DNA from: Bacteroidota bacterium
Lineage (GTDB): Bacteria > Bacteroidota > Bacteroidia > UKL13-3
DNA: 64,000 bases
Assembly: GCA_027491085.1 (NCBI GenBank)
Contig: JAIXWW010000014.1
Location: 79,414-143,413 of the forward strand
Direction of reading: 5' to 3'
Part shown: positions 36,959 through 45,875 of the stretch, in pieces
Position numbering within the stretch: the stretch's first letter is position 1
Layout of the letters: each line of letters begins with the position of its first letter
Program-made: the position numbers and the translations under genes
Notes under the pieces: model-generated
Database searches by the model: none
The model's input: only the letters and a program-made list of their open reading frames with translations
Told to the model about the DNA's origin: nothing

Positions 36959-38371
36959 TCACTCAAATAAACAACTGATTTGTAAATCGTTTTGAACTAG
37001 TTCAGCACTGTATTCATTTGGTTTAAGTCCAAAGGTAGTTAGCATTATTAAGTGTATATTTTTTCTTGTATCTGTTTCTTTTTGAAATTCATCTATTTTG
37101 TTTTTTAAGTTTAAATAATATTGTTTATCGATTGTAAAAGTTGAATTATAAAACTTCATTTCACACAGGTTTATAATATTATCATCTCTATCTATGAGTA
37201 AATCAATCTGTGCATTTTTGTTAAACCAACTGCTACTTGTTGAATAAACAGCATCAATGCGAAGCGCTTTTTTAATTTGATAAATGTGTTTTAAGCAAAT
37301 GGTTTCAAAACTAAAACCTGACCATGACGTATAAGTTTGTTTTTTAAATAATCGCTGCCAAGTCCCAGCGCCTTCGGCTTTATATGGTTGTATAAACTTT
37401 AAATAAAAAAGCGAATATTCATCAGAAAGCCTGTAGAGTATCAGCTGCTTTTTGTTTTTATAATAAGCGTATTCACTTACAAAACCTGAAGCGATGAGTT
37501 CTTCTAGTTTTAGTGAAAAATCACCACCACTTGGAATACCACTTTGAGATATCAAATCTTGTCGTGTAATGCCCTTTTTGCATTTGGCCAAAGTTTTAAC
37601 AATGGTTCTGTGCTTTTCTGAATTATCAAATAAGGAAGTAAAAAGTTGATTGAACTCATTGTGTAAAACACCATCTTTATCAAAACACAATTGATCAATA
37701 TTCTGAGCCACACTTAATCCTTTTTGAAGTTTATCAAGGTAATGCGGAACACCACCCATGGTCATATAAATTTGCAATACATCGTAATGCGAATATCGAA
37801 TTCCTCTACTCTTTAAAAATGTATCGGTTTCATTTAAATCAAAAGGTAATAGCCTGATTTTACGTGTAATTCTATTATGCAATCCACCTTTATTATTCAA
37901 AATTTCTTTTACCATGTATGATGCAGCCGAGCCACAAATTACCACAATTAAATCATCTCGTTTGGATGCATATTGGTTCCAAAAGTTTTCAAATGCCATT
38001 AAAAATTTTGACCGTGGTGAAGCAAGCCAAGGAAACTCATCTATAAAAATTACTTTCTTTTTATTAGAGGTTAGTTTGTTTAGGTAATTTTCTAATTGTG
38101 TAAAAGCTGCTAACCAATTTTTGGGGGTATCAAAATTTGCTTTTTTATTTCGGGCATTTAGCTCCTTTGTAAAATTTTGAAGTTGACTATTAATAGTACC
38201 ATGAAATAATCCTGCAATTTCAAAAACCAATTCTTTTTTAAAATATTCTCGAATAAGAAAAGTTTTACCAACTCGTCTTCTTCCATACACAGCAATTAAC
38301 TCTGACTTGTTATTTTGCCTAGCCATTTCAAGAATATTAATCTCTGATTTTCTGCCAATTATTTTGCTCAT
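36959..38371 (-). CDS. Orphan ATP-binding protein: AAA ATPase (archaeal-ATPase type) with a DUF234-like C-terminal domain
   Basis: Walker A GRRRVGKT and Walker B KKVIFIDEF. The C-terminal segment IDLLIDRDDNIINLCEMKF (D...ExK) is compatible with a PD-(D/E)xK-like fold. Confidence 0.8.
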   Translation of the reverse strand: MSKIIGRKSEINILEMARQNNKSELIAVYGRRRVGKTFLIREYFKKELVFEIAGLFHGTINSQLQNFTKELNARNKKANFDTPKNWLAAFTQLENYLNKLTSNKKKVIFIDEFPWLASPRSKFLMAFENFWNQYASKRDDLIVVICGSAASYMVKEILNNKGGLHNRITRKIRLLPFDLNETDTFLKSRGIRYSHYDVLQIYMTMGGVPHYLDKLQKGLSVAQNIDQLCFDKDGVLHNEFNQLFTSLFDNSEKHRTIVKTLAKCKKGITRQDLISQSGIPSGGDFSLKLEELIASGFVSEYAYYKNKKQLILYRLSDEYSLFYLKFIQPYKAEGAGTWQRLFKKQTYTSWSGFSFETICLKHIYQIKKALRIDAVYSTSSSWFNKNAQIDLLIDRDDNIINLCEMKFYNSTFTIDKQYYLNLKNKIDEFQKETDTRKNIHLIMLTTFGLKPNEYSAELVQNDLQISCLFE

Positions 38372-38380
38372 AATAAAATT

Positions 38381-38422
38381 AAGTTCGCCAAAACTAGTAA
38401 AAAAAGTGAGTTTTGGCGAACT
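38381..38422. repeat. Palindromic element copy 2 (same sequence with an A7 loop run)
   Basis: Identical to 36903-36946 except for the A-run length, and in the same orientation. It lies 9 nt upstream of the ATPase ATG. On the gene strand it contains TAGTTTTG (38396-38389), which matches TAnnTTTG. Confidence 0.9.
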
Positions 38423-38515
38423 TAATTTAAAAAAAGTAGTTTAACTAATTACTCTTTTGCCTTTCGGTTTCTTAAAAAATTTTATTTAAAATTTCAAGTG
38501 ATTTATTGAAATAAT

Positions 38516-38550
38516 AAAAAAACCGAAGTTTTTTGAACTTCGGTTTTTTT
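38516..38550. terminator. Bidirectional intrinsic terminator after the dienelactone hydrolase gene
   Basis: Stem AACCGAAGTT/AACTTCGGTT flanked by A and T runs. Confidence 0.8.
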
Positions 38551-38565
38551 ATTATTTGGTGCTTT

Positions 38566-39402
38566 TTATTTCAATTTCGATTTTAAAAATGCTAAAGCTT
38601 TTGCATGTGCATCTGCCGAAAATTCTTTGTTAAACTTAGGATTACTAGGATTAGCAAAAGCATGGTCAGCATCGTAATTGTAAACAGTTAATTTTTTTTT
38701 AGCTTTTTTCATATTAGCTTCAAATGCTTTAACTAAATCAGCATTGATAAACTGATCTTGTTTAGCAAAAATACCTAACACATCGCAATTTAAAGTTTTT
38801 AAACGCTCAATGTTTTTTTCTGGCATTCCATAATACATTACGCAAGCTTTTGCTTGTTTACTTTCTAGTAAAGTACTTTGTAAACTCCAAGAACCACCCA
38901 TGCACCATCCAATAGTGGCTATTGATTTGTCAGCTCCAACTTTAGCTATAATTCCGTTTACTATAGCAGAAGCACGTTCTTGTTTTAAACCAGACATTAA
39001 TTTTTGTGCGGTTGGAACATCGGCTGCTACTTCGCCATCGTATAAATCAATTGCGTACACATCTACATCTCCCATTTCCATTGCAAAAGTTTCAGCTTCT
39101 TGTTTTATGTAGTCGTTTAATCCCCACCATTCGTGAAATACAAATAATACTTTATGGGTTGGCTTTGAAGATTTAATATAATAAGCATTTCCGTTTGAAC
39201 CCTCTTTGGTGGAAAATGAAATAACTTCGCCTTTTGGTTGTTCTAACTTAAAAGGTGCTGGCACATCGTGTTTAGATGCAAATTTGTCGTTCATGGCTAA
39301 GGCTGCATTTTGACTGCTAACGGTTATAGCGCAACAGCTGGTTTGTGATTTTGCAATAGTAGCTAAAACAATTAATGACATTGCTAATAAAATTTTTTTC
39401 AT
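38566..39402 (-). CDS. Dienelactone hydrolase family protein, secreted
   Basis: Signal peptide, then FHEWWGLNDYIK and GWCMGG (nucleophile elbow), with a C-terminal DHAF. Confidence 0.8.
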   Translation of the reverse strand: MKKILLAMSLIVLATIAKSQTSCCAITVSSQNAALAMNDKFASKHDVPAPFKLEQPKGEVISFSTKEGSNGNAYYIKSSKPTHKVLFVFHEWWGLNDYIKQEAETFAMEMGDVDVYAIDLYDGEVAADVPTAQKLMSGLKQERASAIVNGIIAKVGADKSIATIGWCMGGSWSLQSTLLESKQAKACVMYYGMPEKNIERLKTLNCDVLGIFAKQDQFINADLVKAFEANMKKAKKKLTVYNYDADHAFANPSNPKFNKEFSADAHAKALAFLKSKLK

Positions 39403-39455
39403 TTTTTGGTTTTGGTTTATATGAACACAAACTTGCTAAATCCTAAATTGTTTCA

Positions 39456-40910
39456 TTATTCTTTTCTTATTTTATACTTTAACTCTTGTAATTTTTGCTC
39501 AAAATAACTTGGCTGTCTTAATTTAAACCAACTTGGTTTTGAATAATATTTTGGATTTAAAAATACATTTACATAAACAGCCCCATTTTCATAACTATTT
39601 CCATACCAATTATGATATAAAAAATCACGTTGGGTCTTGGTAAATTCAGCATTTACATTCGATTGAAGCAAAGCAGGAATGGTATCTAAATTCAAATCAT
39701 TTAACGAACCAATTTTTAAACCTTTGTCCAAATCTAAATAACGTATATCGGCACTTGAACTAATAGGGGCGTATGAATAAAATGCAATCGAATCGAAATC
39801 ATTTTTTACTAGTTGTTCTAATTTAAAAAAATTACGGTATTGCAAATTGGTGTCTGCTATTACCTTACCTGGGTAATACATAATATTTCCAATGCCTAAA
39901 CTTACCAAAACCAAACTTACAATCCATTTGAGTTGTTTTTTATTGCTTGCTTCTATCAACAAAATAATAGATAAAAACTGGCTAATCATAAAATACCTGT
40001 GGCCAATGGTATTGTATAAAAATACCGCCATGCAAAGGCTATTTACCAATAAAATAATAGCACTAAAAATAAACAGTTCCTTATTTAGCTTTTGTTTAAA
40101 AAACAAATAAATAAGCAACCCATAAACGGTTAATATACCATTATCAACCAAACGCCAAATAATTAAGAATACACTTTGAACAAACTGCTTCATTCCTTTT
40201 ATTTCATTATGTTCGGTATAATTAGGCGATAAAAAAGCCCAACCAAAATGTTGTTGGTGAACATACAACCAAATACCTAAAACAGCTACTGCTGGAAGAA
40301 AAAGCAATAGTCCATTTTTAAAAAATTGGGCTATGGTTTCTTTGTTTTTAAATACTTGGTAACAATAAATAATGCCAAACGCCAATAAGAAAAAATTAGC
40401 TTGTAAATGGGTTAATTCCATTAATACAGTGCTGATTATAAAACCTGCTTTTTGTTGTTTTATTAAATAATTAAATGCTAATAATACAAACAAGTAAAAC
40501 AATGGTGTATTAAGTAATAAAGCTTCTTGAGCAACAAACATAGAATAACATCCTGCTAACAATGTGGCTATATTGGCTTTGGTTTCGTGGCAATAATGCA
40601 AAGCAATTTTTCTAGTCACAAAAAGAATAAAAAAGGAAATAAGGATGATTATAAAATGACTTACCACTAACGACTTTCCGAAAATCATCCAACTGCAGGC
40701 TAATAAGAATGGAAACAATGTGGGGTGACCGGGATCAAAATTGGCAGGATACCAAATAGTTTGCAAATTATTATTGTAAATATTAAGTGCTGCTCTAGCT
40801 GTAGATGTAACCGCATCGCCATGAAAAGGATCGTTTTTAATTACAAAAAACAATACCAATTGCAAAACTGCTATGATTCCTAAAATATACTTGTTAAATG
40901 GCTTTTGCAT
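39456..40910 (-). CDS. Multi-pass membrane protein, probable ArnT/PMT-like (GT39/GT83) glycosyltransferase
   Basis: 484 aa with about 11 TM helices, followed by a soluble C-terminal domain. The family assignment rests on topology only. Confidence 0.45.
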   Translation of the reverse strand: MQKPFNKYILGIIAVLQLVLFFVIKNDPFHGDAVTSTARAALNIYNNNLQTIWYPANFDPGHPTLFPFLLACSWMIFGKSLVVSHFIIILISFFILFVTRKIALHYCHETKANIATLLAGCYSMFVAQEALLLNTPLFYLFVLLAFNYLIKQQKAGFIISTVLMELTHLQANFFLLAFGIIYCYQVFKNKETIAQFFKNGLLLFLPAVAVLGIWLYVHQQHFGWAFLSPNYTEHNEIKGMKQFVQSVFLIIWRLVDNGILTVYGLLIYLFFKQKLNKELFIFSAIILLVNSLCMAVFLYNTIGHRYFMISQFLSIILLIEASNKKQLKWIVSLVLVSLGIGNIMYYPGKVIADTNLQYRNFFKLEQLVKNDFDSIAFYSYAPISSSADIRYLDLDKGLKIGSLNDLNLDTIPALLQSNVNAEFTKTQRDFLYHNWYGNSYENGAVYVNVFLNPKYYSKPSWFKLRQPSYFEQKLQELKYKIRKE

Positions 40911-41019
40911 TGAATAAAATTATAATATTTAAATGTAAAATAATAATATTGCTTGGTAATAATACCGCCACAACAATATTGATTTTAAGGCATATTTTAT
41001 GCTTGTGTCAATTTAATAT

Positions 41020-41898
41020 TTGTTTATGATAGAAATAAATTCACCAATTGAACCATTATGTTTTAAGCTTTTTAAACAAAAACAAATTTCGGTTTATATT
41101 AAACGTGATGACAAAATTCATCCATTTATAAGTGGAAATAAATGGAGAAAACTTAAACATACAATAGCCGATGCCAAACAAAAAAATAAAACACATTTGG
41201 TTAGTTTTGGTGGTGCTTACAGCAATCATTTAAATGCATTGGCTTGTGCAGGTGCTATGTTTGGTTTTAAAACTACCGCTTTTATAAGAGGCGATGAAGG
41301 TGTAAGCAACCAAATGTTGGCTTTAAATAAACTTTGGGGAATGGAGTTTATTTATACCGATAGAACCAGCTACAGAGATAAAGAAACTTTATTTGAAAAT
41401 CATTTTGGACAAGATGAAAATGCTTATTTTGTTAATGAAGGTGGTGCAGGCATTTTAGGTGCTAAAGGTTGCCAAGAAATTGTAACTGAACTAACCGATA
41501 GTTACCAGCATATATTTTGCGCAGTAGGCACAGCTACTACCTTGCAAGGAATTGCTCAAGCAATAAAAGATCAACAATTAACAACCAAAGCCGAAGGTAT
41601 TTGTGTACTAAAAGGTGCTGAAAATATTGATGTAGAATTGCAAAAAAATCAATTGCAAGATTATTATAAAATTCATCACCAATTTCATGAAGGAGGTTAT
41701 GCCAAAAGCAATCCTAAAGTGATGGATTTTATAACCATGTTTGCAAGTAAAACAGGTATATTACTAGACCAAGTTTACACAGCCAAAATGATGATGGCAG
41801 TTTTTACCTTAGCCGAACAAGATTATTTTGAACCTAATAGTAAAATTTTGTGTATTCACACAGGTGGATTATTGGGATTGTTAGGGGTTTTGAAATAA
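41020..41898 (+). CDS. PLP-dependent ACC deaminase / D-cysteine desulfhydrase family protein
   Basis: PLP-lysine motif SGNKWRKLKH and Gly-rich loops (GGAYSNH, GTATT). The track start is TTG; an ATG lies at 41026. Confidence 0.75.
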   Translation: MFMIEINSPIEPLCFKLFKQKQISVYIKRDDKIHPFISGNKWRKLKHTIADAKQKNKTHLVSFGGAYSNHLNALACAGAMFGFKTTAFIRGDEGVSNQMLALNKLWGMEFIYTDRTSYRDKETLFENHFGQDENAYFVNEGGAGILGAKGCQEIVTELTDSYQHIFCAVGTATTLQGIAQAIKDQQLTTKAEGICVLKGAENIDVELQKNQLQDYYKIHHQFHEGGYAKSNPKVMDFITMFASKTGILLDQVYTAKMMMAVFTLAEQDYFEPNSKILCIHTGGLLGLLGVLK

Positions 41899-41950
41899 GT
41901 ATACAAGTAAACCAATTTCTTTGTTCAACTAAGTTATAGTTCAAATTTAA

Positions 41951-44227
41951 CTATTCAATTACTAAACGTTTTACCAATTGTTTGCCAGTTTCAGTTTGGA
42001 TTTTCACAAAATAAACTCCTGCATTTAGGTTTGTCAATTCAATGGTTGCTGTTTGTGTTCCGCGGGCCATTGATTGATTAATAACTGTGGCACCCAAAAT
42101 ATTGATAATGCTTACTTGCGATTTTTCATTTAATAAATCAGTTTCAACGGTTAATTTATTTTTAGCTGGATTAGGATAAATTTTGGCTTCAAATGTTTGT
42201 TCTGTTAAATCATTGGTAGTTGATAAACTTATTTTCCCTAAAATAGTACTTTTATAAAATTTGAATCCACCACGTTGGTTTCCAATTAACACCTCAGGGC
42301 TGGCATCAGCATCAATATTTGCGATGGTAACACTGGTATAAACCCCTTGAGAAATACTATCAGCAGCCATGTTTGCATCATCTTTAAATATATTAGCAAT
42401 TCTACGTGCTTTTATTGCAGGATTAGCACTGATATCAGTATATAAAACTACACTTTTGCTATAACTTCCAATTAAAGCTTCGTAAATGCCATCATTATCC
42501 AAATCAAATACAAATGGATAGGCATTTCCATAACTTTCGTTTCTTGATCGCACACTTAATTTTCCTAATGAATCAATAGTTGGGGTAGAATTAAATGAAG
42601 GTTCTGTAACTGTTCCAGTGTTTTGATAATAAGCCAAGGTTCCATTGTATTTTCCAATAACTAAATCAAGTTTTCCATCAGCATTTAAATCAATTAACTG
42701 CGGGGCTATTTGTGTGCCAGCATTTATATTGAAGTAATTGCTATCTCTTTTAGTAAAGTTAATAGTAGAGGATGTTGAAGTATTTTCATAATAGTTTAAA
42801 TAACCATTGTACCAACCCAAAATCATGTCCTTTTTGCCATCATTATTTAAGTCACCAAATGTCGGAATTACATTGGTTAATGGCAATCTTACATCCGCTT
42901 GTATATTAGCAAAATTTGTATCTACTAAGCTAAATAAAGGATTGATTTTAGTTCCAATATTTTTGTATAAATACAATTGCTCAAAATTATTTTTGGTACT
43001 TGAATAATTCCCCTGCGTTGCAACAATTAAATCTTGGTCATCATCATTGTCGATATCAACAAAAACAGGCTTGGAGTTTCCTCCTAAATCAATCATTTCA
43101 TCTATTAAAAAATTCTCTTTCACAAATTGAAATTTGGCAGCAGTATTATTACTAGTAGCAGTGTTTTTATACAAATTGATATGGTTCGTGTTTTTAACAG
43201 CTGCAGGTTCATTCGTTGTGATGATTAGATCAGTGATTCCATCATTATCAAAGTCTTGAAAATAGGGGGTAGGCCATGATAAATCTAATGGACGATAAGT
43301 ATTCCTAGGGAAAATGGTGTCTTCAGTTACAAAGGAGTCCCTTAACAAAGAGTTTGACTCTCTACCGTTTTTTGCAAAAATCAATGTATTGAAAAATCCA
43401 TCCCCATAAATAAGATCTTTATCTCCATCTGCATCAGTGTCAAATACAGCAAACGAATTGCTTACATGCTTTCCACCCTTGCCTAAATAATAGGCATCTA
43501 ATCCAAAGTTAAATCCGTGAGTGTTTACCTTATAACCTACATGTCCCCAAAAATTAACACCAAATCCGAAATTTATTGAATCGCAATTATTTTTTGGTCT
43601 TCTATTTCTGTATAAATCAAAATAATTGGATCCTGAAGGCATATAAACTACATCGGGGTCGCCATCATTATCCATGTCCTCTATTGCTCCAATATCAGTT
43701 GGGGTAAATTCCAAGCAGTCTTCAAAATCGGCACTATTTACGTAAGTTAAACAATTACTTCTTTGTTTAAATTTTAGATTATTGGTTGTGGAAATATTTT
43801 GCAAATACCTTATGGAGTTTGATTTTACATATTCTCCTGGATTTAATACATATGCTTGTCCAGATGCTGTAAGTAAATCGTCCTTTCCATCGCAGTTAAA
43901 ATCAATTATTTTTAACCATTGCGAAATATTAGGTAAGAATTTTTCGTAAGAAGGTTCATAAACCCAACTATTATTTTTCCAAAGGTAGGTAAATACTTTG
44001 TCGCCAATGCCGTCAAATACCACTAAATCTTTTTGTCCATCATTATCTAAATCCATCTTATTGAATTGCGGTTTTTGAAAACCACCAACAAAAGGGTATT
44101 TCAAAGTATCTGTGTTGTTTCTTTTTAAAAATTTTGCGGTATTAGCTAAAGTAAAATATACATTTTGAGCATTCATTATTGAGTTTATAAACAATAGTGA
44201 AATAATAGCAAGTATGAATTTACGCAT
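41951..44227 (-). CDS. FG-GAP/VCBS repeat protein with a T9SS C-terminal sorting domain
   Basis: Repeated D.D.DG..D(L/V) calcium-loop motifs (DLDNDGQKDLV, DMDNDGDPDVV, DTDADGDKDLI, DFDNDGITDLI, DLNADGKLDLV). The C-terminus KIYPNPAKNKLTV...GVYFVKIQ is T9SS type A-like. Confidence 0.8.
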   Translation of the reverse strand: MRKFILAIISLLFINSIMNAQNVYFTLANTAKFLKRNNTDTLKYPFVGGFQKPQFNKMDLDNDGQKDLVVFDGIGDKVFTYLWKNNSWVYEPSYEKFLPNISQWLKIIDFNCDGKDDLLTASGQAYVLNPGEYVKSNSIRYLQNISTTNNLKFKQRSNCLTYVNSADFEDCLEFTPTDIGAIEDMDNDGDPDVVYMPSGSNYFDLYRNRRPKNNCDSINFGFGVNFWGHVGYKVNTHGFNFGLDAYYLGKGGKHVSNSFAVFDTDADGDKDLIYGDGFFNTLIFAKNGRESNSLLRDSFVTEDTIFPRNTYRPLDLSWPTPYFQDFDNDGITDLIITTNEPAAVKNTNHINLYKNTATSNNTAAKFQFVKENFLIDEMIDLGGNSKPVFVDIDNDDDQDLIVATQGNYSSTKNNFEQLYLYKNIGTKINPLFSLVDTNFANIQADVRLPLTNVIPTFGDLNNDGKKDMILGWYNGYLNYYENTSTSSTINFTKRDSNYFNINAGTQIAPQLIDLNADGKLDLVIGKYNGTLAYYQNTGTVTEPSFNSTPTIDSLGKLSVRSRNESYGNAYPFVFDLDNDGIYEALIGSYSKSVVLYTDISANPAIKARRIANIFKDDANMAADSISQGVYTSVTIANIDADASPEVLIGNQRGGFKFYKSTILGKISLSTTNDLTEQTFEAKIYPNPAKNKLTVETDLLNEKSQVSIINILGATVINQSMARGTQTATIELTNLNAGVYFVKIQTETGKQLVKRLVIE

Positions 44228-44297
44228 AAATTATGGTTATTTGTTGATTCAAATTTATAAATTAAAGTTTGAAGTAGTTTCATAATTTTTTATTAAA

Positions 44298-45596
44298 ATG
44301 GATATAGCCAATTTACATCAATTATTTTTAAAACATCCTACTGTTTGCACTGATACACGTAAAATTGCAGCTAATAGTTTGTTTTTTGCATTAAAGGGAG
44401 AAAAATTTAATGCAAATCAATTTGCTAGCCAAGCATTAAGTCAAGGAGCAGCTTATGCCATAATTGATGAAGCACAATATAAAATGAGTGAGCAATATAT
44501 TTTGGTAAATGATGTATTGACCACCTTGCAACAGCTTGCTACTTTTCATAGAGACACTTTAAAAATTCCAGTTATAGCTATTGTAGGAAGTAATGGAAAA
44601 ACCACTACTAAAGAATTAATCACATCGGTTTTAAAACAAAAATTTACAGTTTTAGCTACTCCAGGTAATTTTAACAATCATATTGGCCTACCTTTAACCA
44701 TGTTACAAATAACTAGCGGTCATGAGATAGCAGTTATAGAAATGGGCGCTAATCATATTGGTGAAAATGAGTTTTTATGTAAAATAGCCAAACCAAGCCA
44801 TGGAATTGTTACCAATAATGGTAAAGACCATCTTGAGGGTTTTGGCGATATGGAAGGTGTAGCAAAATCAAACTCTGAGCTATATTATTATTTGCTAAAA
44901 AATAATGGAATTGCATTTGTAAACATGCACGATGAATGGTTAATGCGCATGGCAAGGCAATTAGAAAATAAAGTTACTTATGCTGCTAATTTTAAAGGTA
45001 GGATTAAGGAAGCATCTCACACTTGTTACGCTAGTCATTTACAGCCAACTATTAATTTTACAATTGATAATTCACCAATTGAAATAAATAGCAATTTAAG
45101 TGGTGATTACAATTTTGATAATATTACCGCAGCAGTGTCCATGGGATTGTATTTTGGATTAACTATTTCTCAAATTGCTAAAGGAATTGAGAGCTATAAA
45201 CCGAGCAATAATCGTTCGGAAGTAATAAAAAAAGAGTCAAACACTATCTATTTAGATGCTTATAATGCCAATCCAAGTAGCATGGAAGTTTCCATTAAAA
45301 ATTTTGCAGCGATGCCTTTTGGCAATAAAGTACTCATTCTTGGCGATATGTTTGAATTAGGAAAATATGCTGAAGAGGAGCATCAAAACTTAATTCATTT
45401 TTGTGAAGTACTTGGCTTAATAAATGTACTTTTATGTGGCGATTTATTTAAAAACACCAAAAACAATTATGTGAGTTTTGCAACTACAGAGGAATGTAAA
45501 GTGTATTTATCAGAAAATAAATTAATGGATTCAAATGTATTTATGAAAGGCTCTAGAGGAATGAAGTTAGAAACCTTAATGGAAGTTATTGATTAA
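44298..45596 (+). CDS. murF: UDP-N-acetylmuramoyl-tripeptide--D-alanyl-D-alanine ligase
   Basis: Mur ligase P-loop GSNGKTTTKE, a MurF-like N-terminus (TDTRKI...FFALKGEKFNAN.F) and DAYNANP. Confidence 0.9.
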   Translation: MDIANLHQLFLKHPTVCTDTRKIAANSLFFALKGEKFNANQFASQALSQGAAYAIIDEAQYKMSEQYILVNDVLTTLQQLATFHRDTLKIPVIAIVGSNGKTTTKELITSVLKQKFTVLATPGNFNNHIGLPLTMLQITSGHEIAVIEMGANHIGENEFLCKIAKPSHGIVTNNGKDHLEGFGDMEGVAKSNSELYYYLLKNNGIAFVNMHDEWLMRMARQLENKVTYAANFKGRIKEASHTCYASHLQPTINFTIDNSPIEINSNLSGDYNFDNITAAVSMGLYFGLTISQIAKGIESYKPSNNRSEVIKKESNTIYLDAYNANPSSMEVSIKNFAAMPFGNKVLILGDMFELGKYAEEEHQNLIHFCEVLGLINVLLCGDLFKNTKNNYVSFATTEECKVYLSENKLMDSNVFMKGSRGMKLETLMEVID

Positions 45597-45832
45597 ACCA
45601 CTACAAGCATAGCTTACTTTTTATGTAAAAATACAAATCATCAAAAGGAAAGTTAACTCCTTTAATTACATCAATAGCATACCTGCGTTTAACTTCAAAC
45701 ATAATAATATGCACCAAAATAAAAGCTATTGCAGCCATGGCCATAAATCGTTTGTTGTATAATAAATACTTGTATGCTAAAATTTTTTGTAACACACATT
45801 CTATAACTTTTTAAATAACAAAATGTTTTATC

Positions 45833-45875
45833 AAACAAAAAAGGCTGCCTTTAAATTAAAGCAGCCTTTTTATTT
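45833..45875. terminator. Intrinsic terminator after kup
   Basis: Stem AAGGCTGC/GCAGCCTT with A/T runs on both sides. On the kup strand it is followed by TTTTGTTTG. Confidence 0.75.

Noticed and set aside
36903-38422. Interpretation of the hairpin-gene-hairpin unit as an integron cassette with attC sites.
   Set aside because: No integrase or attI is present in the window. The arms (GTTCGCC / GGCGAAC) do not fit the RYYYAAC / GTTRRRY core sites. Only one cassette is present. The repeat observation is kept as a finding, but the integron label is not supported.
40950-40990. AATATTG ... CAATATT inverted 7-mers upstream of the ACC-deaminase-like gene.
   Set aside because: The arms are short and AT-only, separated by a 22 nt gap. 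Such pairs are expected by chance at this base composition.
45601-45795. 64 aa - strand ORF between murF and kup.
   Set aside because: It lies downstream of the kup terminator with no recognisable promoter box. It has one hydrophobic segment but no motif, and may be a chance ORF in AT-rich DNA. It is left unannotated.
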